Origin: Anaerovoracaceae bacterium
Lineage (GTDB): Archaea > Thermoplasmatota > Thermoplasmata > Methanomassiliicoccales > Methanomethylophilaceae
DNA: 64,000 nucleotides
Assembly: GCA_963625795.1 (NCBI GenBank)
Contig: CAVFUJ010000001.1
Span: 1,686 to 65,685 of the forward strand
Direction: 5' to 3'
A program made the translations under genes and the position numbers. Under the pieces are notes generated by a model that saw nothing but the letters and a program-made list of their open reading frames with translations, had not been told where the DNA came from and searched no databases. Position 1 is the stretch's first letter, and every line of letters starts with the position of its first letter. Shown piece after piece: positions 17,736-27,975 of this stretch.

Positions 17736-19028
17736 ATGTGGCCGGTATTGCAAGTCGCATTGGATTTCATGCAGTTGAAAAGGAGCATCGGCATCTGCGA
17801 AGAAGCCGTGGCAGGCGGAGCGGATTGGATCGAAGTAGGTACACCGTTGCTGAAGAGCGAGGGAACCGAAGCTGTCCGCACATTCAGAAAACTCTACCCC
17901 GGAAAGAAGATTATCGCCGACACAAAGACGATGGATACCGGAGGATTTGAGGTCGAGATTGCAGCCAAGTCCGGTGCAGACATAATCACGGTTCTGGGTC
18001 TTGCGGATGATTCCACCATATCCGAGGCTGTAATGGCCGCAAGGAAGTACGGCGCGGAAGTCGAAATTGATATGATCAACGTCGCCGACAAAGTGAAAAG
18101 ATCGGCTGAAGTTGAAAAACTGGGTGTTTCCTACATCTGTCTCCACATGGGTATCGACCAGCAGATGAAAGGTGCGGAACCTCCTATCGATACACTGAAG
18201 AAAGTTGTCGAAACCGTAAACATTCCCATCGCAGTCGCCGGAGGAATCACTGCAGAAAACGCAGGAGAATACGTCAAAGCAGGTGCTTCGATTGTAATCG
18301 TCGGCGGAGGAATCACAAAAGCAACGGACATCAAAGCATCCGCGGCAGCCGTGAAAGGTTCTATGGCAGGTGTCGAAATCAAAACGGATCTTGCAAAGAA
18401 ATACGGCGAAGACGAATTATTCGAAGCATTCTCAAGAGTTTCCACATGCAACATATCCGATGCGTTCCACAAACAGGGTATCGTGCTGGGACTTCACCCC
18501 TATCTCAAACACAGACAGAAGATGGTCGGAAGGGCACTCACCGTTCAGACCACGAACGGAGACTGGGCAAAGCCTGTCGAAGCTATCGATCACGTGAAGA
18601 AAGGAGATGTCATCGTTGTAGATGTCGGAGGAGCGCCCGTAGCGGTGTGGGGAGAACTTGCATCGAATTCCGCAATGGTCATGGGTTGCAACGGCATAGT
18701 CATCGACGGTGCCATAAGAGATATCGACGACATCATCGACCTCGGATTCCCGGCATTCGCAAGGTCCTGCGTACCGAACGCGGGAGAGCCGAAAGGATAC
18801 GGCGGAATCGGTATCGAAATCAAAGTCGGCGGACAGATCGTAAGAACCGGAGACTGGATTATCGGTGACGAAAGCGGATTGATCGTAGTACCCAAAGAAA
18901 AAGCGGTGGAAGTCGCCAACAGAGCTTTGGCAGTGCATGAAAACGAAAACAGAACGAGAGAGGAGATCCGCAGGGGATCCACCCTCTCGAAGGTTAACGA
19001 ATTATCCAAATGGGAACCCGTTAAGTGA
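17736..19028 (+). CDS. hps: Bifunctional 3-hexulose-6-phosphate synthase (OMPdecase-fold) / RraA-like domain protein
   Basis: The N-terminal half has LQVALD...WIEVGTPLL...KIIADTKTMD (HPS/KGPDC family). The C-terminal half has NISDAF...GELASNSA...VIDGAIRD...GDESGLIVVP (RraA family). Confidence 0.85.
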   Translation: MWPVLQVALDFMQLKRSIGICEEAVAGGADWIEVGTPLLKSEGTEAVRTFRKLYPGKKIIADTKTMDTGGFEVEIAAKSGADIITVLGLADDSTISEAVMAARKYGAEVEIDMINVADKVKRSAEVEKLGVSYICLHMGIDQQMKGAEPPIDTLKKVVETVNIPIAVAGGITAENAGEYVKAGASIVIVGGGITKATDIKASAAAVKGSMAGVEIKTDLAKKYGEDELFEAFSRVSTCNISDAFHKQGIVLGLHPYLKHRQKMVGRALTVQTTNGDWAKPVEAIDHVKKGDVIVVDVGGAPVAVWGELASNSAMVMGCNGIVIDGAIRDIDDIIDLGFPAFARSCVPNAGEPKGYGGIGIEIKVGGQIVRTGDWIIGDESGLIVVPKEKAVEVANRALAVHENENRTREEIRRGSTLSKVNELSKWEPVK

Positions 19029-19030
19029 AA

Positions 19031-19972
19031 TCAGTTTTTCAGCTCTTTTGCGAGCTTGTTCAGCCTCTCCACCCTGCTCTCGGTGGTGGGGTGGGTGCTG
19101 AACATAGATTCAAGGAATCCTTTCTTCTTGAGAGGATTCGAAATCCACATGTGTGCGTAGTTGCGGTTGGTGCAGATGTTCAGCGTAGCATCGGGTGAAT
19201 TTCTGTTCTTCCTTGCCATATCGTCAAGATCGTAATTCCTAATCGTCGAATCGTTCTGCCTCTCCAAGTGCATCAGTGCATCCGCAAGTGCTTTCGGATC
19301 GTTGATGAGTCTTGCACCGGATTCGTCCGCAAGATATTCTCTGTTCCTGGAAATTCCGAGCTGAATCATTAATGCAGCTAAAGGAACGAGAATCTGAGCA
19401 GCCATCGCAGCAAGCATTATCGCACCGCGGTTCTCGCTGTCCCTGCTGAATATTGCCGCATACCACGCCATCTGCGAAACATATGAAATCACAATCGAAA
19501 GTGCGGATGCGATTCCCATGACGAGAATATCTCTGTTCTTCACGTGTGACATTTCATGTGCCAGCACACCTCTGAGTTCGTTGTCCGGAAGAAGATCGAG
19601 AATACCCGTAGTAGCGACAACCGCTGCGTTCTTGGGATTCCTTCCCGTTGCGAATGCGTTCGCAACAGGCGTGTACGAAATACCCACTTCGGGCATAGGG
19701 AGGTTCGCTTTCTGGGCGAGATCCGCAACCATGTCATACAGACGGGGGTTGTCATTTCTGTTGATAATCCTTACTTTATTCGCTTTCAATGCCAATTCCT
19801 TTGATTTGTAGTATGAGAAGAAACAGACACAGAGCGATATCGCAAGGAATGCCATACTCCAGTAGAGGAAATTGGATTTCATGATGAATCCTATGAGCGC
19901 TCCGACTGCCATCAGAAGGAGTGACATGTAGACGAACATCATGATCGTCCTGAACCACCAGACTGCTTTCAT
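19031..19972 (-). CDS. htpX: HtpX-type M48 zinc metalloprotease
   Basis: HEMSHVKNRD zinc motif, N-terminal TM helices, EYLADESG and HPTTESRV motifs. Confidence 0.9.
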   Translation of the reverse strand: MKAVWWFRTIMMFVYMSLLLMAVGALIGFIMKSNFLYWSMAFLAISLCVCFFSYYKSKELALKANKVRIINRNDNPRLYDMVADLAQKANLPMPEVGISYTPVANAFATGRNPKNAAVVATTGILDLLPDNELRGVLAHEMSHVKNRDILVMGIASALSIVISYVSQMAWYAAIFSRDSENRGAIMLAAMAAQILVPLAALMIQLGISRNREYLADESGARLINDPKALADALMHLERQNDSTIRNYDLDDMARKNRNSPDATLNICTNRNYAHMWISNPLKKKGFLESMFSTHPTTESRVERLNKLAKELKN

Positions 19973-20037
19973 TTTCTTACCTCACAGTAATAATAGTGCG
20001 GTATGACAGATACATTATGATAAAGATTACCGATGAA

Positions 20038-20778
20038 TCACAGATTGAATTCCGCAGAATCTCCGACGAAGAAATCATTCACTCCGTGAAGACCGAAACG
20101 TGTTCTGAGATAGACGATACCTCTCGGCGTGGCGCAGTGGTTGATGTACATCTTACTCACACCGTATGATGAAATAATGTCCGAAACGGGATCGACGGTT
20201 CTCTGTTTCGCTTTCGGCAAGTGGATACCTCCGATAAGCGCATACGGATTCCTGTGATACTTGGTTTTCACATGTTCCAGAGGCTCATTCAGACCGCAGT
20301 GGTAACATGATGAGAATACAGCGGGACCGTCTCTTGTTCTCAGTATCGGGAAGAATTCCTTTTCCGCACCGAACGGACCGATTACGTGAAGATGTTCGCT
20401 TAACTCAATATCTTCCGTCATGTGTATGAAATTCAGTTTCGATGTGATTTCTTCACTTACTTTCGAACCCATGAATCCTCTCAGACCTTCGAAAGAATCG
20501 TTCACGTACACATCGATCGGTTCTTTCCTTGCTTCGGCGAATGCTTTCAGTCCGCCTGTGTTGGATCTGTGATTGTGCGAGATAACAATCCTGTCGATCT
20601 CATCGGGTTTGATTCTCATAAAAGACAGATTATGCAGCAGATATCTTCCGCGCATACCCGTATCGAAGAGTGTCTTCTGACCGTCGACGTCTATCAGTAT
20701 CGACAGACCGTGGGCGCCGATGAATGATGTGTTCTCAATTGCGCCGTTGTCGTATACGCAGAGGACCTTTGCCTTCAT
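20038..20778 (-). CDS. MBL-fold protein (COG1237-like) with degenerate metal motif
   Basis: MKAKVLCVYDN...GLSILIDVDGQKTLFDTG...ISHNHRSNTGGL, where the family normally has SHxHxDHTGGL. ATG 20778 is preferred over the track start 20856, which overlaps TatD. Confidence 0.6.
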   Translation of the reverse strand: MKAKVLCVYDNGAIENTSFIGAHGLSILIDVDGQKTLFDTGMRGRYLLHNLSFMRIKPDEIDRIVISHNHRSNTGGLKAFAEARKEPIDVYVNDSFEGLRGFMGSKVSEEITSKLNFIHMTEDIELSEHLHVIGPFGAEKEFFPILRTRDGPAVFSSCYHCGLNEPLEHVKTKYHRNPYALIGGIHLPKAKQRTVDPVSDIISSYGVSKMYINHCATPRGIVYLRTRFGLHGVNDFFVGDSAEFNL

Positions 20779-20813
20779 GGCTGTGATTATCGCGCCATAT
20801 GAATTAAAGATTC

Positions 20814-21650
20814 TTACGCCCGTCTTTCGTAAAGAGAGTCGGGAATGTCTCCGCATATCCTGTGTACGTTCTCTTCGGTGAATTCTCCGGATTGGAGATA
20901 TCCTGAAATTCTCTTGGGAACCGTAGTCACTGCCATAATCGAAGTGGGTCTGTTCGGATCGTCGATGTAATCGGTTTCGAGCATGAACCTGTCGCCTTTG
21001 GGTAAAGCTTCTTTGATCAATGTTCTCGAAGCGGGCATCGAAGGCATCACACCGTGATTTTCTTCTTCCGTTATCATCGGTAAAGAAGAATGTTTCACGA
21101 CTTTCCCTCTGTTTAAATGGGCTTCATCCGCAATACGTGCCAGATCTTCGTAAGTCTGTATTTCCGACTCACAGTGTATTATCACGGGACAGTCCACTTC
21201 GTGAGCCAATTCCATTCCTCTCAGAAGTACTCTGTTGGAAGCTTCCCAGATTTTTTCATCTTCAATGGGAAAATGAGGTCTTCCTATCTCTCCGATTGCA
21301 TTGGCTTTGCCTTCTGAAACCAATCTTGCGGCGGCTTCCATTCCCTTAATCATGGATTTCTCCGCTTTCTCCAATCCTGTATGTTCCGCCAACCAAATCA
21401 TAGAAATCGGATAAGGTCCGACGGCGACATTCACCTTCAGTCCTGTGGATTCTCTTACCCTTTCGGCGAGAGATAACGTAATCTCAAAGGTCTTTTCAAA
21501 ATGATCCTCATCCGTAATATCGACAAACTCCGTGTACGGAAGAGTGACCAAAGTCATTCCCGTGCCTCCGGCTTTCTCATACATCTTTGCAGCCTCGACA
21601 TTGAGACCTGACGGCGAGAGATGGAGATGATTGTCGTAAATCGGAATCAT
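20814..21650 (-). CDS. TatD-family metal-dependent hydrolase
   Basis: N-terminal IYDNHLHL (HxH), followed by an EIGRPHF, IIHCES and ETDY pattern. Confidence 0.75.
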   Translation of the reverse strand: MIPIYDNHLHLSPSGLNVEAAKMYEKAGGTGMTLVTLPYTEFVDITDEDHFEKTFEITLSLAERVRESTGLKVNVAVGPYPISMIWLAEHTGLEKAEKSMIKGMEAAARLVSEGKANAIGEIGRPHFPIEDEKIWEASNRVLLRGMELAHEVDCPVIIHCESEIQTYEDLARIADEAHLNRGKVVKHSSLPMITEEENHGVMPSMPASRTLIKEALPKGDRFMLETDYIDDPNRPTSIMAVTTVPKRISGYLQSGEFTEENVHRICGDIPDSLYERRA

Positions 21651-21703
21651 TACACGGTTGATTGTTCAAAATCTAGTTATAACTATGGAACGATTGGACG
21701 CCC

Positions 21704-22924
21704 ATGGATCCGAACTCACGTTTCCTCCTCAAGTCGTTCAGGAGGTTTTACAAAGAGAACCCGCTGCCGATGCCCAGCAGATTCGGCAGAAGAGAATTCG
21801 GTTTCATGTATTTCGATAAAGATTTCATGCAGAGGCATCTGTCTTTCCAGAATCCTTCGGATTTGCAGAAAATGCTGATAACTCAGGTTCCGAAGCACTG
21901 CTACTACTCCACGGCATACTACAGAAAACCCAATGCTCCCACAATGGAAGAAAAAGGCTGGTTGGGTGCGGACCTCATCTTCGATCTAGATGCGGATCAC
22001 CTCGAAGGCGCCGACAGTATGTCGTACGAAGAGATGATGGCTCAGATCAAGAAAGAAATGATCAATCTTCTCGATTCGTTCCTTTACGGAGATCTGGGAT
22101 TCGATGAGAAAGACGTTGACATCTACTTCTCGGGCGGAAGAGGATATCACGCTCACATCGAATTAAACAGCGTTGCCGCTTTGGGCACTCACGAACGCAG
22201 GGAAATCGTCGATTTCGTCACGGGAAACGGATTGGATATCGACAAAGTATTCCCCCTTGAATCCAAACCCATATCTACCGCAATAGTGAACGGAGTGGAA
22301 AGACACAACATAGCCACATACCGCACCATCCCTTCCGAAGATTCCGGAGGATGGTGGCTGCGCATGAGAAACGGTCTGAAGGAAGTGGTGGAAGACTTCT
22401 GCGAAATGGATGTCAAAGACATCAGGAAAACATACCCTTCGGTAAAATCGATGTCGGCGAAGAATATCGAATCCCACAGAGCGAACATTGCGGAATCCAA
22501 AAAAACAATGTTCGAAATCAACAAAATGTCCACCGTGAGAAAACCTACACAAGAACTTCTTGTCAGGATAATGAAAGAAGATATGACGAACCGTCTTTCC
22601 GGAGAAGTTGACGAACCTGTTACGGCGGATATCAAAAGACTGATACGTCTTCCCGGCTCGTTACACGGAAAAACGGGGCTCTGCGTACTGCCGTTAACAA
22701 GAGACGAACTGAACGATTTCGATCCTCTGTATCATGCGCTTCCCAAGTGTTACTCATCGGATCCCGTCACGATTACCGTGCGTAAGGATATTGATATAAC
22801 AATCAACAAAGAAAGATTCTCACTCAAAGCAGGAACTACGGAAGTACCCGAATATGCCGCCGTATTCCTTGTGGGAAGGAAAGCCGCGGATATCGGCGAC
22901 GGAGAAAGAGAATCGTTATTCTGA
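21704..22924 (+). CDS. priS: DNA primase small (catalytic) subunit PriS
   Basis: DLIFDLDADH catalytic aspartates, FSGGRGYHAHI and RLPGSLHGKTG motifs. TATA-like TAGTTATAAC lies about 25 nt upstream, so the mRNA may be leaderless. Confidence 0.9.
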   Translation: MDPNSRFLLKSFRRFYKENPLPMPSRFGRREFGFMYFDKDFMQRHLSFQNPSDLQKMLITQVPKHCYYSTAYYRKPNAPTMEEKGWLGADLIFDLDADHLEGADSMSYEEMMAQIKKEMINLLDSFLYGDLGFDEKDVDIYFSGGRGYHAHIELNSVAALGTHERREIVDFVTGNGLDIDKVFPLESKPISTAIVNGVERHNIATYRTIPSEDSGGWWLRMRNGLKEVVEDFCEMDVKDIRKTYPSVKSMSAKNIESHRANIAESKKTMFEINKMSTVRKPTQELLVRIMKEDMTNRLSGEVDEPVTADIKRLIRLPGSLHGKTGLCVLPLTRDELNDFDPLYHALPKCYSSDPVTITVRKDIDITINKERFSLKAGTTEVPEYAAVFLVGRKAADIGDGERESLF

Positions 22925-24766
22925 TTAACTCGATTCTCCGAACTGCGCATCGTAAAGCATTTTGTAATAACCGTTCTGTGCCAGAAGTTCTTCGTGACTT
23001 CCGGATTCCAGGATCCTTCCTTTCGCCAAAACAAGAATCACGTCTGCGTTTCTTATCGTCGAAAGACGGTGTGCGATAACGAAGGAAGTACGTCCTTCCA
23101 TCAGCCTGTCCATCGCTTCCTGTATCCTGCGCTCGGTACGCGTATCGACGGAACTCGTCGCTTCGTCGAGAACAATCATAGGTGCGTTTTTCACTATTGC
23201 ACGTGCGATTGCTATCTGCTGTTTCTGTCCCACGGACAGTTCCGAACCGTCGACAGGAGTATCGTATCCTTCGGGACGTGAACGTATGAATTCGTCGATT
23301 CCCACGATTCTGCAGGCTGCCTCCACATCCTCCTGTCTGACTCCCGGGGTTGAATACGCAATGTTTTCATAGAAAGTTCCGTCGAAAACCCATGAATCCT
23401 GAAGAACCATTGAGAACTGCCTTCTTACCTGAGCTCTCGACATCTCCTTCGTAGGTATGCCGTCAATCAGAATCTCTCCGGAATCGGGATCGTAGAAACG
23501 CATCAGAAGATACAGAAGAGTGGATTTTCCGCATCCCGTAGGTCCGACAATCGCCACCCTGGATCCGGGTTTAACTGTAAGGCTGAAATCGGTGACAATC
23601 TTCTTTTCCGGGACGTAGCCGAACGATACATCCCTGAACTCTACGTTTCCTTCGGCACGGTCGAATCCTTCCGCTTCCGGATCGGGTTCCATCTCAGGAA
23701 GATTCAGGAACGCAAATATACGCTCCGAAGCGGATGCTACGGACTGAATACTGGCCAAAACGGCCATGAAATCGGCCATAGGCTGGTTGTACATTCTGAT
23801 ATAGATGATGAATGCCGCAATCACACCGTATGTGATTTCTCCGTTCAGAATCATCATGGAACCGACGACACAGACCGCAACATATCCTATGTTCCAGAGG
23901 AATCCCATGACCTCCGGCATCATGGTTGTGAAAATCTTCGATTTGTATGACGACTGGAATAAATGCTCGTTCATATCATCGTATAACTCGTTTGCACGGC
24001 CCCATAGGTTGTAAGTTGCAGCAACATCGTGACCGTAGTAAGTTTCTCCGACAAGGGAATTGATACGTCCCAGATCGTTCTGCTGAGCCACGAAATACTT
24101 CTGACTGTGGAATGCGACGATATACATTGCGATTACACCCGCAAATGTAGGCAGAATTGCAAACAATGCAAGTTTCCACTGAATGTAGAACATCAGAACG
24201 GATGCACCGATTATCGATACCAATGCGTTGAGCATTGAAGAAATACTTTCACCTGCGGATTTTCTGATGATATCCGAGTCGTTTGTGACACGGCTCATCG
24301 AATCTCCCATTAAATGGGATTCAAGATATGAAATCGGAACACGGAGGAATTTGCGTGAAAGGTCTTTACGCATCCTGTCTCCGACACGGTTCGATGCTGC
24401 ACCGATAAAGTATGATTCCACAAGCGTGAATAACATACAGAATCCGTAGATGACTATGAGTGTGATTCCGATTCCGGCAACCCAGTTCATATCCACCGGC
24501 AATCCGGCGGAAATCGAACTGTACAGACCGTCCGTAAGTTCTCTGAGATAGCCGGGAGCGATAAGAGCCAGTATAGTACCGATTAATGCCGCTGCGGCAC
24601 CTATTATCACAGCGCGGCGCTGAGGTCCCATGTATTTGATAAGCGCTATCATCGCCAGGAACAGATTCCTCGGCTTCTCCTCTTCGTGAGTCGTGAAAGC
24701 ATTCGACAGGAAGGTCTTATCAGCGTTTGCCATCGGATTCCTCCAGCTGCGATGTGGCGATTTCAC
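22925..24766 (-). CDS. ABC exporter, fused permease/ATPase (consensus-site half of heterodimer)
   Basis: Six-TM domain, Walker A GPTGCGKST, signature LSVGQKQQ, Walker B MIVLDEATS with the catalytic Glu. An alternative start is at 24733. Confidence 0.9.
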   Translation of the reverse strand: MKSPHRSWRNPMANADKTFLSNAFTTHEEEKPRNLFLAMIALIKYMGPQRRAVIIGAAAALIGTILALIAPGYLRELTDGLYSSISAGLPVDMNWVAGIGITLIVIYGFCMLFTLVESYFIGAASNRVGDRMRKDLSRKFLRVPISYLESHLMGDSMSRVTNDSDIIRKSAGESISSMLNALVSIIGASVLMFYIQWKLALFAILPTFAGVIAMYIVAFHSQKYFVAQQNDLGRINSLVGETYYGHDVAATYNLWGRANELYDDMNEHLFQSSYKSKIFTTMMPEVMGFLWNIGYVAVCVVGSMMILNGEITYGVIAAFIIYIRMYNQPMADFMAVLASIQSVASASERIFAFLNLPEMEPDPEAEGFDRAEGNVEFRDVSFGYVPEKKIVTDFSLTVKPGSRVAIVGPTGCGKSTLLYLLMRFYDPDSGEILIDGIPTKEMSRAQVRRQFSMVLQDSWVFDGTFYENIAYSTPGVRQEDVEAACRIVGIDEFIRSRPEGYDTPVDGSELSVGQKQQIAIARAIVKNAPMIVLDEATSSVDTRTERRIQEAMDRLMEGRTSFVIAHRLSTIRNADVILVLAKGRILESGSHEELLAQNGYYKMLYDAQFGESS

Positions 24767-26465
24767 GGTAAAGTTCGCATGATTCCATCAATTCGGAATG
24801 CTTTCCCGATGCAACCACGGTTCCCTTATCGAGAACGATTATTCTGTCTGCGTCGATTATTGTGCCGACCCTCTGTGCGACGATAATCTTCGTGGCACCT
24901 GCTGTTTCCTCAAACAGTGCTTTACGGAGATCCTTATCGGTCTTGGAATCCAATGCGGAGAAACTGTCGTCGAAAATGTAAATCTGAGCTCCTTTGTAAA
25001 CAACACGTGCTAAGGACAGTCTCTGCCTCTGTCCTCCGGAAAGATTCCATCCGTGCTGAGAGAGACGCGTATTCATACCGTCTGCCATATTGTCTACGGT
25101 TTCATCGAGATGTGCAATACGCAGTGCGTGCATCAGATCTTCATCTTCAGCAGGCTCTCCGAAACAGAGATTGTTTCTTATGGAACCTGTATAAACAACA
25201 GGTGTCTGCGGAACGTAACCCAACACGGGAGTGAGTTCTCCTCTGGCATATTCCCTGATGTCCAACCCGCCGAGGGAAACCGTTCCTGAAGAAGGATCGT
25301 AAAGACGGACTATCAGCGACATTACCGTTGTTTTTCCGCTTGCCGTAGGTCCTATGAACGCAACGGTTTCTCCTTTTCCTATTTTGAAAGACACGTCGTG
25401 CAGTACTTCGGTGTCTGTGTTGGGATATGTGAATGATACGTGATCGAACGATACCGCTCCGGGTTCGGGAGAATCTGAAGCCTTACATGTACCGTACTCG
25501 GTCGACGGCTTGTAATTGATGACTTCCTCAATCCTTTTTGACGATATGGCGAAGTCCAGTGAACTCTTGATGACTCCTTTGGCCATCAGAACCGCAGACA
25601 TGACCATTGACGCGTATGATGTGAAGACAATCATATCGGAGAACAGCTTCAACTGATAATTTGTATCGCCGTATGCGGAGTTGATTACTATGGCTCCGAT
25701 CCAATAGATAGACATGGTGAGGAAGTTCATCATCGATGCCGAAATCGGGTCGATGGTGGAGATGATACGGATCATCTTGACGGCGGTGTCTCTGAGTTCT
25801 TCAGAGGACTTATCAAACTTCTCGAATGTCTTCTCATCCGCATTATATGCGCGGATTGTTCTCATTCCTTCCAATTCTTCACGTGTATTCGCGTTGACAT
25901 TGTCGGTCAGATGCCTTATTTTCCTCAGATACGGGACTCCGCGCCAGAGAATGAGGAAAATCATCGTCAGGAGGAGCGCCATAGCCAGAAGAGTAACTGC
26001 GGTCCATTCGAATGTACTGGAGGAAATCTTAATCAGAGCCCAGACCGCAACAGTCGGAGCCTTGACCAACGTAATAATCAGACGCCCGACGTACTGCTGT
26101 AACTGGTTGATATCGTTTGTAGAACGTGTAATCAGGGAAGCGACCGAAAACGAATCGAGATCCTTTCTCGACCATTTCTGAATGTTACGGTACTGAAGAT
26201 TGCCGACGGTACGGCAGAGAGCGCTTGATACGCGGGAAACCAAAACAGACGTAAGTATTGCAGCTGCAAGACTCAGAAATGCACACACAAGCATTCTGTA
26301 TCCGCAGTCGATTACCGTATCGGTACTGTGTCCCGATTTTATGTGCCCGGTAATCTCGGCCATGTATTCCGGGATACGGAAATCAAGGATGACCTGACAG
26401 ATAATAAGGACGGCGCAGCATGCGACCATTATCCAATCTATTCTGCGCAGATATCTGAAAATCAT
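24720..26465 (-). CDS. ABC exporter, fused permease/ATPase (degenerate-site half of heterodimer)
   Basis: Walker A GPTASGKTT, signature LSGGQRQR, Walker B IYIFDDSFS (Asp in place of the catalytic Glu). Confidence 0.9.
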   Translation of the reverse strand: MIFRYLRRIDWIMVACCAVLIICQVILDFRIPEYMAEITGHIKSGHSTDTVIDCGYRMLVCAFLSLAAAILTSVLVSRVSSALCRTVGNLQYRNIQKWSRKDLDSFSVASLITRSTNDINQLQQYVGRLIITLVKAPTVAVWALIKISSSTFEWTAVTLLAMALLLTMIFLILWRGVPYLRKIRHLTDNVNANTREELEGMRTIRAYNADEKTFEKFDKSSEELRDTAVKMIRIISTIDPISASMMNFLTMSIYWIGAIVINSAYGDTNYQLKLFSDMIVFTSYASMVMSAVLMAKGVIKSSLDFAISSKRIEEVINYKPSTEYGTCKASDSPEPGAVSFDHVSFTYPNTDTEVLHDVSFKIGKGETVAFIGPTASGKTTVMSLIVRLYDPSSGTVSLGGLDIREYARGELTPVLGYVPQTPVVYTGSIRNNLCFGEPAEDEDLMHALRIAHLDETVDNMADGMNTRLSQHGWNLSGGQRQRLSLARVVYKGAQIYIFDDSFSALDSKTDKDLRKALFEETAGATKIIVAQRVGTIIDADRIIVLDKGTVVASGKHSELMESCELYREIATSQLEESDGKR

Positions 26466-26572
26466 CCGACGACACCCTGTACTACAGTCTGTAGGGAGAT
26501 AAACTTGGAATAATAAACGTTGTCAGTCGACTGATTCGGAAATGCAGATAACTGCAGCATATATCCATCCAA

Positions 26573-27874
26573 TCAGGATGATTTTTCGGCAATATTCTCC
26601 GTTTTCTTATCCGAAACCCATCCGAGGAATGCTTTGATTACAAACACCAACAGAACAATGTGCATCACATTCTTCAGCAGAACAAGAACAATCGGAATCA
26701 CATTATCCGCAGGATACAGTCCTCCGACGGTGAATGCAACTGCCGAACTCGGAATTGCGAATATCACGTAGAGTACTGTGTATTTCACCATCTCCCTGTA
26801 TCTGTCATCTCCCGGAGATAACAGGAATAACGGCAGAAGCGACAGGAACCACAGCATGTACTGTGCGGAATACACTTTGCTGAATGCAGTGAAGACCATC
26901 ACAGTTATTGCAGACAGAGCCGCAAGTAAACGGAGTCCGTCTTTTTCATCCCTGACAACTCTCTTACGGCAGATGAATGCCGCTGCGAGGAATGTTATTA
27001 TCAATGCTGCGTAGACAGCGACATCAAGGAAACGTGCGCACATATCCGGTATTTCGCCTATGATGGTGTTCGATCCGTAGTAAATTCCGATTTCGTCGAT
27101 TATCGGCACAAAGAGATTGACAAATGTGATTACACTGCTCACAATACCTTCGACCTGCAGTCCGCGGTCCGAATGGTACGTAAGATATTCGAATGCCGTC
27201 CCGGGATCGGCTATTATGAACGGTAATTCCGCAATGACACAGAACAATGCGCCCACGATAACGTACCTGAACATTCCCTTCGGATTTCTCTTCATCAGGA
27301 ATAACAGCATGAAAACAGGGAACAGAATAATCGGATAGATTTTGATCATCGCACCGACTGCCAACATCACTGCGGAAAGATCGTATCTTTCCTTTGCGAA
27401 GAACATGAATGCCGCAGTTACCGAAAGAACTGCAAAGATATCGTTTCTTGCCGTAATGAACTGATTTCCCACTATTGCAAGTACGATCAGTGAAAGATAG
27501 ACATTCGCACGCTGAATTTTGAAATGATCCGTAATCTTCAGAAGGCAGAACGCAAACAGCACATACGCCAAAGCTGCGAAGACTGCATAGGCCGTATGAA
27601 ACGAGCACAGATCCCACGAGAATATTCTCGGAATGATGAAAACCAACAGAGCCAGCGGAGGATATTCGAAAGTGAATCCGCTGTACGGCATTAAGTGATT
27701 GTCAACAACGTTGTTGATGTTTCCGTAGTAGTTCGATATGTCGAACATAGGTTCGTAAAAACTTACCAAACCTACGGCAAGCACATCGATAATCAGCACA
27801 ATACCCAATGCGGCTGCGAACACTCTGAACTGCTTGTCCGCGGGCATACTCCTGAAATTATCGATTGCCTTCAT
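26573..27874 (-). CDS. Polytopic membrane protein, DUF2029 / GT87-like (GT-C fold glycosyltransferase candidate)
   Basis: 433 aa with more than 10 TM segments. The N-terminal region DISNYY...PYSGFTFEYPPLALL resembles the DUF2029 signature. Confidence 0.55.
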   Translation of the reverse strand: MKAIDNFRSMPADKQFRVFAAALGIVLIIDVLAVGLVSFYEPMFDISNYYGNINNVVDNHLMPYSGFTFEYPPLALLVFIIPRIFSWDLCSFHTAYAVFAALAYVLFAFCLLKITDHFKIQRANVYLSLIVLAIVGNQFITARNDIFAVLSVTAAFMFFAKERYDLSAVMLAVGAMIKIYPIILFPVFMLLFLMKRNPKGMFRYVIVGALFCVIAELPFIIADPGTAFEYLTYHSDRGLQVEGIVSSVITFVNLFVPIIDEIGIYYGSNTIIGEIPDMCARFLDVAVYAALIITFLAAAFICRKRVVRDEKDGLRLLAALSAITVMVFTAFSKVYSAQYMLWFLSLLPLFLLSPGDDRYREMVKYTVLYVIFAIPSSAVAFTVGGLYPADNVIPIVLVLLKNVMHIVLLVFVIKAFLGWVSDKKTENIAEKSS

Positions 27875-27950
27875 GACACCGTCACGGAGAATGTATATTC
27901 AATATTTCAATAGTAAGAATGAAATTTCGGTAAAAAGGTCTGAATGACCG

Positions 27951-27971
27951 CGGGCGGCTTTAAGCCGCCCG
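27951..27971 (-). terminator. Hairpin after rpl11
   Basis: CGGGCGGC-TTTAA-GCCGCCCG. A T5 run lies about 12 nt downstream on the minus strand. Confidence 0.5.
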
Positions 27972-27975
27972 GGTA

